DNA of 64,000 bases. Source: a candidate division WOR-3 bacterium. GTDB taxonomy: Bacteria; Hydrothermota; Tepidihabitantia; Tepidihabitantales; Tepidihabitantaceae. Position numbers and translations under genes: made by a program. How positions within the stretch are numbered: position 1 is the first letter of the stretch; each line of letters begins with the position of its first letter. The stretch covers positions 1 to 64,000 of the forward strand of contig CBFGIT010000007.1 in the NCBI GenBank assembly GCA_965648905.1, read 5' to 3'. The notes under the pieces were generated by a model, which saw nothing but the letters and a program-made list of their open reading frames with translations, did not search any database and was not told where the DNA came from. This document shows positions 37,278 to 47,930 of this stretch, piece by piece.

Positions 37278-37640
37278 TTAGGCCTTTGCTCCTTGTCTCG
37301 TTGCCACCCGAACCTCGATGTGGACCGACCGCCGGCGAATCGGCGTGGCCATGCCGCGGGGACCGGGATTCCAGCGCTTCGCCGTCGGCCCCTGATTCAC
37401 CAGAACCTCGGTCACGACCAGGTCTGATTCCTTCAGTTTGGCCTTACCGGCTTTCAGAATCGCGTTTGCCACGGCCGAACGAAGCGCCTTCATCACCGGC
37501 GCTTTGGTCGGCTTGGCCAGGAAGGCCATGGTGCGCAGCGCGGTCGGGACGTCCTGGCCCCGAATCAATGCCGCCACCAGCCCCAGCTTCTTGGCCGAAC
37601 CCGGCTGGAATCGACTCTTCGCGACCGCCTCAATCATCAA
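37278..37640 (-). CDS. rplV: 50S ribosomal protein uL22
   Basis: 'S..K...VA.LIRG', 'SAVANA', 'V..GP..KR..P..RG'. Confidence 0.95.
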   Translation of the reverse strand: MMIEAVAKSRFQPGSAKKLGLVAALIRGQDVPTALRTMAFLAKPTKAPVMKALRSAVANAILKAGKAKLKESDLVVTEVLVNQGPTAKRWNPGPRGMATPIRRRSVHIEVRVATRQGAKA

Positions 37641-37927
37641 GTCTTCTTCTCCTCAGCCTTTTCCTTGCGCTGACCTGAATGCTGACGGAAGGTCCGGGTC
37701 GGGGCGAACTCGCCCAGACGGTGCCCGACCATTCGCTCGGTCACGTACACCGGCAGGAACCGATTGCCGTTGTGCACCGCAATCGTGCAGCCCACGAATT
37801 CAGGCGGGATGATGCTACGCCGGGCATAGGTCTTGATCGTCCGCTTCTCGCCCGACTCGGTGACCTTGCGGACCTTGCGAAAGAGCTTCTCGTCGATGTA
37901 CGGGCCCTTCTTCAGCGAACGTCCCAC
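37637..37927 (-). CDS. rpsS: 30S ribosomal protein uS19
   Basis: 'RSLKKGP', '[12 protein letters not shown]'. Confidence 0.98.
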   Translation of the reverse strand: MGRSLKKGPYIDEKLFRKVRKVTESGEKRTIKTYARRSIIPPEFVGCTIAVHNGNRFLPVYVTERMVGHRLGEFAPTRTFRQHSGQRKEKAEEKKT

Positions 37928-38754
37928 TACTTGACTCTCCTCTGGACAATCATCCGGCTCGACTTCTTCTTCCGGTTGCGTGTCTTGAAGCCCTTGGCCG
38001 GAATGCCTCGTTCCGAGCAGGGATGCCGACCGCCCGAGCTCTTGCCCTCACCGCCGCCCATTGGATGGTCGATCGGGTTCTTGGCCACCGCGCGGCTGCA
38101 CGGACGACGCCCCATGTGCCGGCTCCGCCCGGCCTTACCAATCGACACGTCTTTGTGCTCAGGATGCGAGACCCGGCCAATCGTCGCCTGACAGGCAAGG
38201 TGGAACCTTCTGATTTCAGTCGACGGGAGCTTGATGACCGCCAGGTCCTCTTCCTTATTCAGAATCTGCGCCGATGTTCCGGCTGAGCGGACGAGAAACG
38301 AACGGCTGTTGGGGTAGAGCTGCAGGTTGTGAATCTCAACCCCGACCGGGATATCGGAAAGCGGCATCGCATTACCCAGACGCACCGGCAGATTGCGGCC
38401 GGCAGCGACCTGGTCACCGGGTCCGAGTCCCTCCGGACACAGAATGTAGCGGTATTCGCCATCAGGATAACTCACCAGCGCGATTCTCGCCGAACGGTTC
38501 GGGTCATACTCAACCGAGACAACCCGACCGCTCATGCCCACTTTGTCCCGTCGGAAGTCAATCGGTCGATAGTGCCGCTTCTCGCCGCCACCCCGGCCGC
38601 GCGCCGTAACCCGGCCGGTGTTGTTTCGGCCCGCGGTTCGGTGCAGTCGTTCGAGCAGAGCCTTACGCGGCTTCTGCCGCGAAAGCATCTCCCGGGTCGA
38701 GACCATGTAGTAACGACGCGCCGGAGTTGTCGGTCGGTAGAGTTTGATTCCCAT
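37927..38754 (-). CDS. rplB: 50S ribosomal protein uL2
   Basis: 'GRNN.GR', '[12 protein letters not shown]', 'NP.DHP.GGGEG'. Confidence 0.98.
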   Translation of the reverse strand: MGIKLYRPTTPARRYYMVSTREMLSRQKPRKALLERLHRTAGRNNTGRVTARGRGGGEKRHYRPIDFRRDKVGMSGRVVSVEYDPNRSARIALVSYPDGEYRYILCPEGLGPGDQVAAGRNLPVRLGNAMPLSDIPVGVEIHNLQLYPNSRSFLVRSAGTSAQILNKEEDLAVIKLPSTEIRRFHLACQATIGRVSHPEHKDVSIGKAGRSRHMGRRPCSRAVAKNPIDHPMGGGEGKSSGGRHPCSERGIPAKGFKTRNRKKKSSRMIVQRRVK

Positions 38755-38757
38755 CAG

Positions 38758-39045
38758 CTATCGCTCCAGCGCCTCAATCGTCTCGCCGCGTTTCAAGGTG
38801 ACCACGGCTTTCTTCCAATCCGGTCGCCGGCCCGAGTAACGACCCATTCGCCGAACCTTGCCGCGGAAAACGGCAACATGCACATCGGTCACATGCACCT
38901 TGAACAGCCGCTCAACTGCCCGGCGGACGTCGAGCTTGTTGGCCCCGGTTGCAACCCGGAAGGTGTACTTGTTCTCGTTGGCCCGCAGGCGCTCGGTCTT
39001 CTCCGTCACGATCGCGCCGACAATCACTGCCGTCGGTTCCATCAA
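38758..39045 (-). CDS. rplW: 50S ribosomal protein uL23
   Basis: 'VTEK', 'Y.F.V...ANK', 'WKKA.VTL'. Confidence 0.96.
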   Translation of the reverse strand: MMEPTAVIVGAIVTEKTERLRANENKYTFRVATGANKLDVRRAVERLFKVHVTDVHVAVFRGKVRRMGRYSGRRPDWKKAVVTLKRGETIEALER

Positions 39046-39662
39046 GCTCCCCCTACCGTCTGCAACAGACTCCTGAGTCCGCTCTCGGTGAAAACCACCT
39101 GTCGATGGCTCAGAACCTCGTATGCATTGACCTGTTGCGCCGGCATCACGGTGAGGCCGGGGATGTTGCGGCTCGCTCGCTTCATCACCGGCGAGACCGC
39201 ACCGACCAACAGCAGGACCGAGCCTTCCAAGCCCAGTGTCTTGAGGATGCCGGACATCTCCTTGGTCTTCGGTGCGGCCGGCTCAAAATCCTCGACGACA
39301 CGAACCGCATCATCGGCCCGACGCGCGCTGAGCGCCTGCAGCAGCGCCTGACGCCTGACCTTGCGCGGAAGTTCGACACGGTAGTCACGAGGTCTGGGTC
39401 CGAACACAATCCCGCCCTTGCGGAAAATCGGTGAACGCCGCGAACCGTGCCGTGCCATGCCGGTGTGCTTCTGACGGTACGGTTTCTTGCCCGTGCCCGA
39501 GACCTCGGTCCGGGTCTTGGTGCAGGCCGTGCCCTGTCGCTGATTCGCCTGATGGCTCCGAACTGACTCCCACACCAGGGCCGACTTGCCTTCAACCCGG
39601 AAAATCGAATCAGGCAGCTCTACGTTGCCCTTGACCGCGCCGGTGATCGTCAGAACGTCCAT
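39042..39662 (-). CDS. rplD: 50S ribosomal protein uL4
   Basis: 'RQGT..TKTR.EVSG.GKKP.RQK.TG.AR.GS', 'GG..FGP.PR'. Confidence 0.97.
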   Translation of the reverse strand: MDVLTITGAVKGNVELPDSIFRVEGKSALVWESVRSHQANQRQGTACTKTRTEVSGTGKKPYRQKHTGMARHGSRRSPIFRKGGIVFGPRPRDYRVELPRKVRRQALLQALSARRADDAVRVVEDFEPAAPKTKEMSGILKTLGLEGSVLLLVGAVSPVMKRASRNIPGLTVMPAQQVNAYEVLSHRQVVFTESGLRSLLQTVGGA

Positions 39663-40280
39663 CTAGCCCTTCATGACTAGAACTACGCTGCCCCGGTGCC
39701 CGGGCACGGCACCGCGCACGTACAGACAGCCTCGTTCCGGCTCAACCTTCACAACTTTGAGGTTCTTCACCGTGACGCGCTCGGTGCCATAGTGACCAGG
39801 CAGAGTCCGACCCCGAAGAACCCGGCCGGGCGAAGTTCCCGAGCCAACCGAACCGATCCGGCGATGGGACATCGAACCGTGGGAACTCGGTCCGCCGTGC
39901 CAGCCCCAGCGTCGCATTCCGCCGGCAAACCCTCGCCCTCTGGTCGTGCCGGTAACGCGGACCTTATCGCCGGGTTGAAGCAATTCCACACCCAGCTTCT
40001 GGCCGACCTGGAAGTCCTCGGACCTGTCGACTCGAACCTCGCGTAAGACGCCGCGCGGCTCCTGACCGGCTTTGCGGAAGTGACCGGCATACGGCTTGGT
40101 CAGTTGCCGCTTACTCGGTGTCCCTGAACCCAACTGAAGCGCCTCGTAACCATGCTCGGCCCGGTTCCTCCGGGCCACGACGACGTTCTCGGCGATGTGA
40201 ATCTCGGTCGAAGGCTGAACCAGGCCTTGCTCATCAACGAGCTGGCACATTTCACCCTTCCGACCGATGAGCATGATCAT
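39663..40280 (-). CDS. rplC: 50S ribosomal protein uL3
   Basis: 'G.K..M', 'GY.A.Q', 'G.GFAG...R', 'SHGS..HR..GS', 'PGRV'. Confidence 0.96.
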   Translation of the reverse strand: MIMLIGRKGEMCQLVDEQGLVQPSTEIHIAENVVVARRNRAEHGYEALQLGSGTPSKRQLTKPYAGHFRKAGQEPRGVLREVRVDRSEDFQVGQKLGVELLQPGDKVRVTGTTRGRGFAGGMRRWGWHGGPSSHGSMSHRRIGSVGSGTSPGRVLRGRTLPGHYGTERVTVKNLKVVKVEPERGCLYVRGAVPGHRGSVVLVMKG

Positions 40281-40600
40281 GCCGACTTTATCTCCACTTC
40301 CACGCCGGCCGGCACCTCAAGCTTCATCAGGGCATCAACCATCTCTGCGGTCGCATTGGAAATCTCAATCAGTCGCTTGTGCACACGCAGCTCAAACTGC
40401 TCCCGCGACTTCTTATCAACATGCGGCGAACGCAGCACCGTGAACAGGGTGCGCTTGGTCGGCAACGGCACCGGCCCCGACACCTGGGCACCGGTCCGCT
40501 TGGCAACGTCCACGATGTCCTTGGCCGACTGGTCAAGAACACGGTGGTCATAAGCCTTCAGCTTGATTCTGATTTTCTTCGCACTTCTAATCAGACTCAT
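40277..40600 (-). CDS. rpsJ: 30S ribosomal protein uS10
   Basis: '[10 protein letters not shown]', 'GPVPLPT', '[14 protein letters not shown]'. Confidence 0.98.
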   Translation of the reverse strand: MSLIRSAKKIRIKLKAYDHRVLDQSAKDIVDVAKRTGAQVSGPVPLPTKRTLFTVLRSPHVDKKSREQFELRVHKRLIEISNATAEMVDALMKLEVPAGVEVEIKSA

Positions 40601-40706
40601 ACAGACGCAAAAACTCCTGTCGGACGACGTTCACACGCTTGACGGAAATCACTTGTTGCAGGGGGCCGCCCAGCGCAGCCCTTCGCCGCCGTGGCGAAAG
40701 CCGCTA

Positions 40707-40734
40707 ACTATAGGCAAATCCCGGCACTTGTCAA
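40707..40734 (-). promoter_or_regulatory. Proximal S10 operon promoter
   Basis: TTGACA-N16-TATAGT. Confidence 0.75.
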
Positions 40735-40813
40735 CATCTGCAGCATCAATCGCAAGACTGCTCTGACCTGCCTCGGGTCAGGAGCCAGTTTGACCTGCAG
40801 CTCTAACTGGTCA

Positions 40814-40841
40814 ACTATAGCTGAGACCGGCCGCTTGTCAA
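40814..40841 (-). promoter_or_regulatory. Distal S10 operon promoter
   Basis: TTGACA-N16-TATAGT. Confidence 0.7.
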
Positions 40842-40880
40842 GCAGAACGCAGATGCCGGACTCGCCTGGGGCGCCAAGTC

Positions 40881-40908
40881 AAGATGCAGACTGCAGAAGG
40901 CAGAATGT
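40881..40908. repeat. Heptamer tract
   Basis: AAGATGC AGACTGC AGAAGGC AGAATGT (reverse complement of the TTCTGCA type). Confidence 0.5.
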
Positions 40909-40981
40909 CACACTGCCCGGACATTCTGCAAAGCCCGCCGACCTACCGGCACTCCGAAGAACCGCTGGTCTGGCTTCGAGC

Positions 40982-41221
40982 AATGCCTGTGGTTGGGACT
41001 CTTTGGGTGCCGACGGTTGTGCCGGGAACCGGGCAGCACGAAAGCACGGTGGCCGTTCCGACTGGCGTCACAAGGCTCGTGCCGGCAGCAATTCCGAGTC
41101 ACTTGCCGGCTGAGTGCTCTGTTCCAATCCCGCGCGGCATTTCCTCAGAATTGCCCTGACCATGGCATTGAACAAGACCGCTGGTCAGACCGGCAGCAGT
41201 ACCAATGGGAATCCCTTGGGG
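40982..41221. repeat. Degenerate 12-bp periodic array (20 units)
   Basis: C at position 6 in 18 of 20 dodecamers, e.g. ggtgCCgacggt, tgtgCCgggaac, cgttCCgactgg, cgtgCCggcagc. Confidence 0.8.
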
Positions 41222-41412
41222 AACGGCCTGCCGGACGGAAGTCATCCTTGGTCAAAGCCTGCCATCGAAGCGGAGTTTACGGGTCGCAACACACGTAAGA
41301 ACAACTGGTTGGGCCTGCACCTGCCGGCACATTGAACGCCATCTCCCCTGTTGCGCGTTAGATTCTGCGCCCCGGCGGCTCTAATACATTGCTGACGAGA
41401 GAAGAACGGCAC

Positions 41413-41440
41413 TTGACTGAGCCGATAACCGCTCTAGGAT
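41413..41440 (+). promoter_or_regulatory. lgt promoter, probably leaderless
   Basis: TTGACT-N16-TAGGAT, 6 nt before ATG 41447. Confidence 0.7.
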
Positions 41441-41446
41441 AGAACG

Positions 41447-42235
41447 ATGTTTCCTACAATACTGAAGGTCGGCGGCCTGCACATCTACTCCTACGGGTTG
41501 ATGCTCTTTGTCTCCTTTGTTGCTGGCATCGGCATCGTCGAACGCCGGGCCAAGCGGTTCGGCGTGGAGCCGCGTCGGATTACGGACCTCGCCTTGTGGG
41601 TGCTGGTCTCGGTCGTCGTTGGTTCCCGGTTGTTCTACGTGGCATTTCACTGGAACGAATTCGCTAACGACCTCATCGGCATCATTGCCTTCTGGCGCGG
41701 CGGCTTGGCCGGTCTGATGTTCTATGGCGGTTTTCTGGGCGGAATCATTGCGGGCGTGGTCTTTGTGTTGGTGCACAAACTGCCGGTTCGGAAGCTGATG
41801 GATGCGATTGCCCCCGCGGTCATGCTGGGGGAAGGGTTCACGCGCATCGGCTGTTTTCTCAACGGCTGTTGTTTTGGTTCGCCGACCACGTGCCCGACCG
41901 GCATGCACTTTCCCATCCATTCGCCGGCCGGTGCGACGTTTCCCGGTCAGGCGATTCACCCGACCCAGCTCTACTCCTCTGCGGCCGGATTCATCCTGTT
42001 CGGATTCGCGCTCTGGCTGGAGCGGCGCAATCTGAAGCCAGGCGTGCTCTCCGGCATCTTGCTTGTCGTCTATTCGCTTTTCCGGTTCGGAATAGACTTT
42101 GTACGGTACTATGAGAACGCGGCGAACTTCTGGGGCAACCAGGTTGTCTCACTTGCCCTCACCGCAGTCGGCATCGTCGTGGTCGTAGTCTGCCTGCGGA
42201 TGAGCCGCGGCGGAGTTTCTCCCAGCCGGGCTTGA
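41447..42235 (+). CDS. lgt: Prolipoprotein diacylglyceryl transferase
   Basis: 'YSYG', 'GSRLFY', 'GL.FYGG', 'RIGCFLNGCCFG', 'HPTQLY'. Confidence 0.95.
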   Translation: MFPTILKVGGLHIYSYGLMLFVSFVAGIGIVERRAKRFGVEPRRITDLALWVLVSVVVGSRLFYVAFHWNEFANDLIGIIAFWRGGLAGLMFYGGFLGGIIAGVVFVLVHKLPVRKLMDAIAPAVMLGEGFTRIGCFLNGCCFGSPTTCPTGMHFPIHSPAGATFPGQAIHPTQLYSSAAGFILFGFALWLERRNLKPGVLSGILLVVYSLFRFGIDFVRYYENAANFWGNQVVSLALTAVGIVVVVVCLRMSRGGVSPSRA

Positions 42236-42948
42236 GGCGCGGTCTCGGTTTCCTGTTCCGGGCGCTGGCGGACTTCTTCTTTCCGCCAATCTGTTACGGG
42301 TGTAATGAAGAAGCCGAGCAGGGGCTGGTATGCGACTCGTGTCGGCTTCTCCTGTTCACAAGCGAGCTGGACGTCTGCCCGAACTGTGGCCGGGCCTGCG
42401 TTGAGACGTGCTCAAGATGTGACGAGCACCTGCTGTCCCGCGTTCGGGCGCTCGGGCCCTATGCCGAGCCGTTTCGTGGGCTCATCCACGCGCTCAAGTA
42501 CCACGAGAAGACAGGGCTGGCCGACCTGCTGGGTCGGGCCCTGGCCTCACTGGCACTGCAGGACACAGAGCTACGGCAGGCCGACGTCGTGTGCGCGGTG
42601 CCGCTGCACCCGGCACGCCAACGCGAGCGCGGGTACAACCAGTCCGAGCTGCTGGCCCGCGCCGTCTCAGCCGAGACCGGTATCGCCTTCGTCGATGCCC
42701 TACTGCGGAAGCGCAACACACCAACTCAGACTTCTCAGTCGGGCACAGCGCAGCGCCGAAGGAACGTGGAGGACGCGTTCCGGATAAGGCCCGGGGCAAA
42801 CGTCGCGGGAGCACACGTAGTTCTCGTTGACGACGTTACAACTTCCGGTGCGACGCTCAACGCCGCGGCCAGGCACTTGCTCGGCGCCGGCGCGGTCAAC
42901 GTGATGGGGCTGGTCGTGGCCGCGGCCAGCCCGGTTGAAGGCAGCTAG
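42232..42948 (+). CDS. comF: ComF family phosphoribosyltransferase-like protein
   Basis: N-terminal Cys zinc ribbons, 'VPLH..R...RGYNQ', 'LVDDVTTSGAT'. Confidence 0.9.
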   Translation: MRRGLGFLFRALADFFFPPICYGCNEEAEQGLVCDSCRLLLFTSELDVCPNCGRACVETCSRCDEHLLSRVRALGPYAEPFRGLIHALKYHEKTGLADLLGRALASLALQDTELRQADVVCAVPLHPARQRERGYNQSELLARAVSAETGIAFVDALLRKRNTPTQTSQSGTAQRRRNVEDAFRIRPGANVAGAHVVLVDDVTTSGATLNAAARHLLGAGAVNVMGLVVAAASPVEGS

Positions 42949-42957
42949 CCCGGAGTC

Positions 42958-44106
42958 ATGAGAGTCTGCATTGTGACCGACGCTTTCCTGCCTTCGGTCG
43001 GCGGCATCGAAAATCACATTCTTCATCTTGGGACGATTCTGAGACGCATGGGCCATGACGTGATTGTTGTCACCCACGCCGTGCCCAACCACATCACCAT
43101 GCCTGAGCAGGTCGAGCTTGCCATTCCTGTGCATCGATTGCCCGGTGCGCTGCTCGTCTTTCGTGACCATGACATTGCGCTTGACCCGCGCATGTTTCCG
43201 GCGTTCAGTCCGGTGTTGGATGAGTTCAAACCGGACATCGTCCACGGCCAGAGCGAAGGTTCGCTGCTGGTCTACGGCACGCTGGCGCTCGCCCGGCGTC
43301 GCCGGATACCGACTGTCATCACCCGGCATTCAATCATCGGGGCAAAACCTGGGTTCATCCGACCGGCCCTGCATCTGGCTGCCCGGTTGTTCTCGGTTGC
43401 GGCTGACGGTCTGATTGCCGTGAGCCGGGCCTGCGCTCTGGAGGCAGATGGATTTCGTGGCCCCATGAAGGTAATCCCGAACGGGGTTGACATTACGACG
43501 TTCTACCCCAATCCAGCTCGAAGAGCACAGACCAGACAGGAGCTCGGCTGCGGACAGGATGATGTTGTGGTCGGGTTCGTCGGCCGACTCCACACGACCA
43601 AGGGTATCCCGCTCTTGTTCTCCATGTTTGACCGACTGGCCCGCGCCCATGACCACGTGCAACTGCTTGTTGTCGGACCCGGCCCTCTGCGTCAGTGGGC
43701 TGAGGTTCAGGCGGCAGGGAACCGCACCCGTATTCGAGTACTCGGTGCCCAGCCGTATGACCAAGTCGCCCGACTACTCAATGCCATGGATGTCTTTGCG
43801 CTACCTTCACGCAGTGAGGGTTTCGGTATCTCGGTGCTTGAGGCAATGGCCTGTGGTGTTCCGTCGGTCGCTTTCAACCGGTGGGGTCTCAAGGAGCTGG
43901 TCGAGAACGGACGCACGGGGTTGCTGGCCGACTCGCCTGACGATTTCTACCTTCGGCTTGAGTCTCTGTGCACCGATGCTAGGTTGCGGCGGGAGATAGG
44001 TGAGGCCGCGAGCCGGAGAGCAAGCGGGGTATTCTGCTGGGAGCGGGTTGCGGCCGAGACCGTGGCCTTCTACCGTGAGCTGGTCGCACGACCGAGTTCT
44101 GAGTGA
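42958..44106 (+). CDS. GT4 glycosyltransferase
   Basis: 'D.F.P..GG.E', 'VIPNGVD', 'FVGRL...KG', 'EGFG.S.LEAMACG'. Confidence 0.92.
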   Translation: MRVCIVTDAFLPSVGGIENHILHLGTILRRMGHDVIVVTHAVPNHITMPEQVELAIPVHRLPGALLVFRDHDIALDPRMFPAFSPVLDEFKPDIVHGQSEGSLLVYGTLALARRRRIPTVITRHSIIGAKPGFIRPALHLAARLFSVAADGLIAVSRACALEADGFRGPMKVIPNGVDITTFYPNPARRAQTRQELGCGQDDVVVGFVGRLHTTKGIPLLFSMFDRLARAHDHVQLLVVGPGPLRQWAEVQAAGNRTRIRVLGAQPYDQVARLLNAMDVFALPSRSEGFGISVLEAMACGVPSVAFNRWGLKELVENGRTGLLADSPDDFYLRLESLCTDARLRREIGEAASRRASGVFCWERVAAETVAFYRELVARPSSE

Positions 44107-45329
44107 TTGAGCAGAACGCCGCGCCAGCCGACCGTGACCAGATAGTAGACCACGAACGAGCTGCCGAGCCACGAGGCAGGCAGAGAAACGTCCCAGCCGC
44201 TTGTTGACGGTTCGACCCGTACCGAGTCGGCGAACACCGAATCTGCCGCCGGGGCCAGCCGCACGACCGGCAGCTCGTCGTCCGCAGCAAGACCAAGCGC
44301 CAGAGTTCTGTGTCTTGCTGCGCCGCTTCTGCCCACAACCGCATGGATGAACAGGTCGTAATCGAGGCCCGGGCATGCCTGGGTTTCCAGCGCAAGATGG
44401 ACCAGCGCACCGGAATCAGTCAGGCCGAATGCCAGCGTATCGACCAACGCGTTCCGCACCAGTCCGGTCTGAGGTGCGTTCGAGACGACGGGCGAGCTGC
44501 CGGCCCGGATTGTGTCGAAAGTCTCCGCATCACGACACAGCTCAGCAAGACAATTGCCCGGAACCCGAACCTGAGTCCTGTGCCGATTGAGGGCGTCGAG
44601 CTTGCGGCTGATTTCATCCTGACTAAGCGCTACCACCAGGTGCACACCGTGAACACCCGGCCCGTGAATCGGGGCATACTGCAGTATTGCCGGCACGGGC
44701 AGCAACGTGTCCGGCCAGCATTCCAGTACCAGCACGGAAAAAGCCGCCGCTGCCCAATGGTCCGAGTGAGCGTCAATCGTGTTGGGGCAAAGAATGACAT
44801 CAGGTCGCAGATGATGGAGGCACTCGGCCAGGATTTCCATCAGCCGCTGTCCCGAGTAGACGTTGCCGATAGAGTCATAGGGGCTGCGGTCCACGTCGGT
44901 GGTCGGCGAGCGAAATGGCTGCTCCCAGGACTCACACCACAGTCGGGCCAGCCCCTGGTCAGGGTAGCCCAGGAAAGTCAGATGCTCAGCCGGCAGTCCG
45001 AGCTCGCCAGCCCCGGCCCGGGCTTCTTCCATCCGCCTTCTTCCCAGACTGATGTATTCGTTCGGCCCGACCCACGGAGTCCAATTGCTTAGTGCCGCGC
45101 TGGTCCAGGAACCGTCGCCTGAGGTCAGATACACGACCCACACCGAATCGCCCCGGGCCAGGACCTGCTGCACCAGGCCGCCGCAACCCAGTACTTCGTC
45201 GTCCGGATGTGGTGCGAGAATCACAAGCCTTTGCCTTCTGTCTTTCGACACAGAGAGCACAGACTGCCCGGCAAGAAGACCGGGCAGAGCAACGAGGAAC
45301 AATGCCCAGGCAACGCTGCGCAAGCTCAT
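44070..45329 (-). CDS. Exported PIG-L family deacetylase
   Basis: Signal peptide; 'APHPDDE', 'T.GD', 'FLGYPD', 'DAH.DH'. Confidence 0.88.
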   Translation of the reverse strand: MSLRSVAWALFLVALPGLLAGQSVLSVSKDRRQRLVILAPHPDDEVLGCGGLVQQVLARGDSVWVVYLTSGDGSWTSAALSNWTPWVGPNEYISLGRRRMEEARAGAGELGLPAEHLTFLGYPDQGLARLWCESWEQPFRSPTTDVDRSPYDSIGNVYSGQRLMEILAECLHHLRPDVILCPNTIDAHSDHWAAAAFSVLVLECWPDTLLPVPAILQYAPIHGPGVHGVHLVVALSQDEISRKLDALNRHRTQVRVPGNCLAELCRDAETFDTIRAGSSPVVSNAPQTGLVRNALVDTLAFGLTDSGALVHLALETQACPGLDYDLFIHAVVGRSGAARHRTLALGLAADDELPVVRLAPAADSVFADSVRVEPSTSGWDVSLPASWLGSSFVVYYLVTVGWRGVLLNHSELGRATSSR

Positions 45330-45469
45330 GCAGTCAATAGTATATGCGAGGTAACGACCCGTCCAGAAAGTTTGACCGCGCGACAGAAGACGCTCTGTCT
45401 CCCGCCGAACAGAAGCCGCGACCGGCTCGGCCGCAGGAAACGCTCGGGTTACGAGTCTAATACTGTATC

Positions 45470-47923
45470 ATGCTGCAAAACCTACGCCCCCGGACAGGTC
45501 GACTGTCGCGTCTCGCTGGTCTATTGCTGGTTCTGGTTGCGGTCGGTTCAGGCCAGCCCGAGCCGGGTCGTCGCGGCCCGTATCAGGGCCCAACCGCAAC
45601 TATCACCGGTCGAGTATTCGATGCCGACCTCAAAGCTCCGGTTGAATACGCCAACATCGTGCTGCACCGGCAACGCGACTCAAGCCAGGTGACGGGAACG
45701 GTCACAACCGCGACAGGGCAATTCGAACTGACCGGCATCGCACCGGGTCGGTACTACCTTGAGGTATCATTCATCGGCTATCGCAGCAGAACGCTCAAGG
45801 ACATTCAGGTCACACCCGGCGCGAGAGTAGACCTCGGACGACTTGAGCTCCGTCAGACCGCAGTCGCGGTCGAGGGCGTCGAAGCCACGGCCGAGCGGCC
45901 CGAGCTCTCATACCGCATCGACAAGAAAGTTGTGGACGTAAGCCGGATGGCCACCGCAGCATCAGGTACTGCCGTCGACGTGCTCGAGAACGTACCGTCA
46001 GTCAAGGTCGACGTGGAAGGGAACGTATCCCTGCGCGGCAGCCAGAACTTCACCGTGCTGATTGATGGTGCCCCGTCGCCGATTGAAGGCAGTGACGCCC
46101 TTCAGCAGATTCCTGCTGCCACCATCGACCGGATTGAGATCATCACCAATCCTTCGGCCCGGCACGACCCGGAAGGGGTCTCGGGGATTGTCAACGTGAT
46201 TCTGAAGAAGCAGCGCCAGGCCGGCATCAGCGGGATTGTGTCGACCGACCTCAGTTGGCCCCGACGCTACGGCGGCAGCGTACTGGTGAACTACCGACTG
46301 GATGGGCTGAGTCTGTTCGGCGGCGCAGACGTCCGTCGCGGCGGGTTTCCCGGAACCCGCCTCACCGAAAGCTGGACCCAGGACGCTGCCGGTAACAGGA
46401 CCTACAACAATTCGACCGGCACCGGTGAGCGCAGACATGAATCGTACGGCCTGCGCGCCGGCGGTGACTATCGGCTCTCGACTCACGACCGCACCAGTGT
46501 CAGCCTGCGGTACGGCGACCATGGGTTCGGAATGAGCCAGCAGGCGACCTACGAACGCTGGCGCCTGCCTGAAGCGGACACGACCCGCGAGCTTAGTTGT
46601 GACACCTCGCGCCGCGGCGGCAATCACCTGTCCGTCAACCTGGAGCATCAGCACGGGTTCGGCAGAGAAGGACACCAACTTTCCGGTTCGGTGAACTACC
46701 TGCGCCGCAGCGGGACCGACCGCTCGGTCAGTCTGCTGCTCGACACCACCGGCAGGAACATCATCAGCGGCCGGCGACAGGAGGAGAAAGGGCCGCGCCA
46801 GCCGCTGCGCCTGAAGCTCGACTACTCTCTGCCGCTCCGCATCGAGGACAAACTCGAAGCCGGCGTACAGGCTGGGATTCACCGTGCCCGGAGTGAGAGC
46901 CGAGTCTGGGAGTACGACCGGGCCGCTGACAGCTTCAGGTACAGCCAGACTGTCACCTACGCGGACAATGTCACTGCGGTCTACGCACAGTATGCCGGCA
47001 AGCACTCAGCACTCGGGTTTCAACCCGGTCTGCGGGTCGAGCATTCAGACCGGCTGGTCAGTTCGGGCTCGGGCGAGTATCGGTTCAGGCACTGGGACTA
47101 CTTCCCGACCATGCACCTGTCGTACGACCTGCCGGTACATCAGCAGGTGATGGCAAGCTACACACGCCGCATCGAGCGGCCGCGGGGCTGGGAACTGTGG
47201 CCGTTCGAGTCGCGCCAGGACGCCTACAATGTCCGACGCGGCAACCCCGAGCTGAAGCCGGAAATCACCGACGCGTTCGAGGCAGGATGGCAGGCACCAT
47301 TGGGCGCGAGTCGGATTTCGGTTGAAGGGTACTACCGCATCACCCACGACAAGATCGAACGGCTGCGCTCGGTCTACGAGCCCGGCGTAATACTCCACAC
47401 TGCCGCGAACGTCGGCGCCGACTACTCACTCGGTTCCGAGCTGCTCCTTGACCTCCAGTTGCTCAGGTGGTGGCGGGTGAATCTGTCCGGAGACATCTAT
47501 GACTACCGCATTACGGGCAGGTACAAAGACCAGGACTTCTCCAACTCAAGCTTCAACTGGGGCGGGCGGCTGGCAAACGACTTCATTCTGCCGACCCAGA
47601 CCCGGATTCAGCTCAACCTTCGCTACGAAAGCCCGAAAGCCACGGCCCAGGGCCGTGATGCCGGCCGGCTCATGAGCGAAACCGCGGTTCGCCAGCAGTT
47701 CTTCAACCGTCAGCTCTCGGTGGCATTCCAGGTACGTGACCTGCTGGGCGCCGGAGGTTTCGAGTCAACATCCGAAGGCAGTCAGTTCTACAACTACTTC
47801 CGGTTCCGACAGCAGTCTCCGACAATAAGCCTGAACCTGACATGGAACTTCAACAACTACCGCACCGAACGTCGGCGTCAGGAGAACGATGTTGATGACT
47901 CGGAGCGTGACGCTGAATACTAG
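45470..47923 (+). CDS. TonB-dependent receptor / outer-membrane beta-barrel
   Basis: N-terminal carboxypeptidase-regulatory-like domain, plug 'DVLENVPSV.VD..G..SLRG', 'IEIITNPSA', 'GNPELKPE'. Confidence 0.92.
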   Translation: MLQNLRPRTGRLSRLAGLLLVLVAVGSGQPEPGRRGPYQGPTATITGRVFDADLKAPVEYANIVLHRQRDSSQVTGTVTTATGQFELTGIAPGRYYLEVSFIGYRSRTLKDIQVTPGARVDLGRLELRQTAVAVEGVEATAERPELSYRIDKKVVDVSRMATAASGTAVDVLENVPSVKVDVEGNVSLRGSQNFTVLIDGAPSPIEGSDALQQIPAATIDRIEIITNPSARHDPEGVSGIVNVILKKQRQAGISGIVSTDLSWPRRYGGSVLVNYRLDGLSLFGGADVRRGGFPGTRLTESWTQDAAGNRTYNNSTGTGERRHESYGLRAGGDYRLSTHDRTSVSLRYGDHGFGMSQQATYERWRLPEADTTRELSCDTSRRGGNHLSVNLEHQHGFGREGHQLSGSVNYLRRSGTDRSVSLLLDTTGRNIISGRRQEEKGPRQPLRLKLDYSLPLRIEDKLEAGVQAGIHRARSESRVWEYDRAADSFRYSQTVTYADNVTAVYAQYAGKHSALGFQPGLRVEHSDRLVSSGSGEYRFRHWDYFPTMHLSYDLPVHQQVMASYTRRIERPRGWELWPFESRQDAYNVRRGNPELKPEITDAFEAGWQAPLGASRISVEGYYRITHDKIERLRSVYEPGVILHTAANVGADYSLGSELLLDLQLLRWWRVNLSGDIYDYRITGRYKDQDFSNSSFNWGGRLANDFILPTQTRIQLNLRYESPKATAQGRDAGRLMSETAVRQQFFNRQLSVAFQVRDLLGAGGFESTSEGSQFYNYFRFRQQSPTISLNLTWNFNNYRTERRRQENDVDDSERDAEY

Positions 47924-47930
47924 ACCGCGG

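Noticed and set aside
40691..41335. ORFs or a riboswitch/ncRNA upstream of rpsJ
   Set aside because: No motif of a riboswitch, RNase P, SRP or tmRNA that I recognise; promoters and repeats account for the region. Rfam was not run.
45436..45460. GAAAC-N13-GTCTA (also near 63850) as an ECF sigma promoter
   Set aside because: Spacing is shorter than typical ECF promoters and two instances may be chance.
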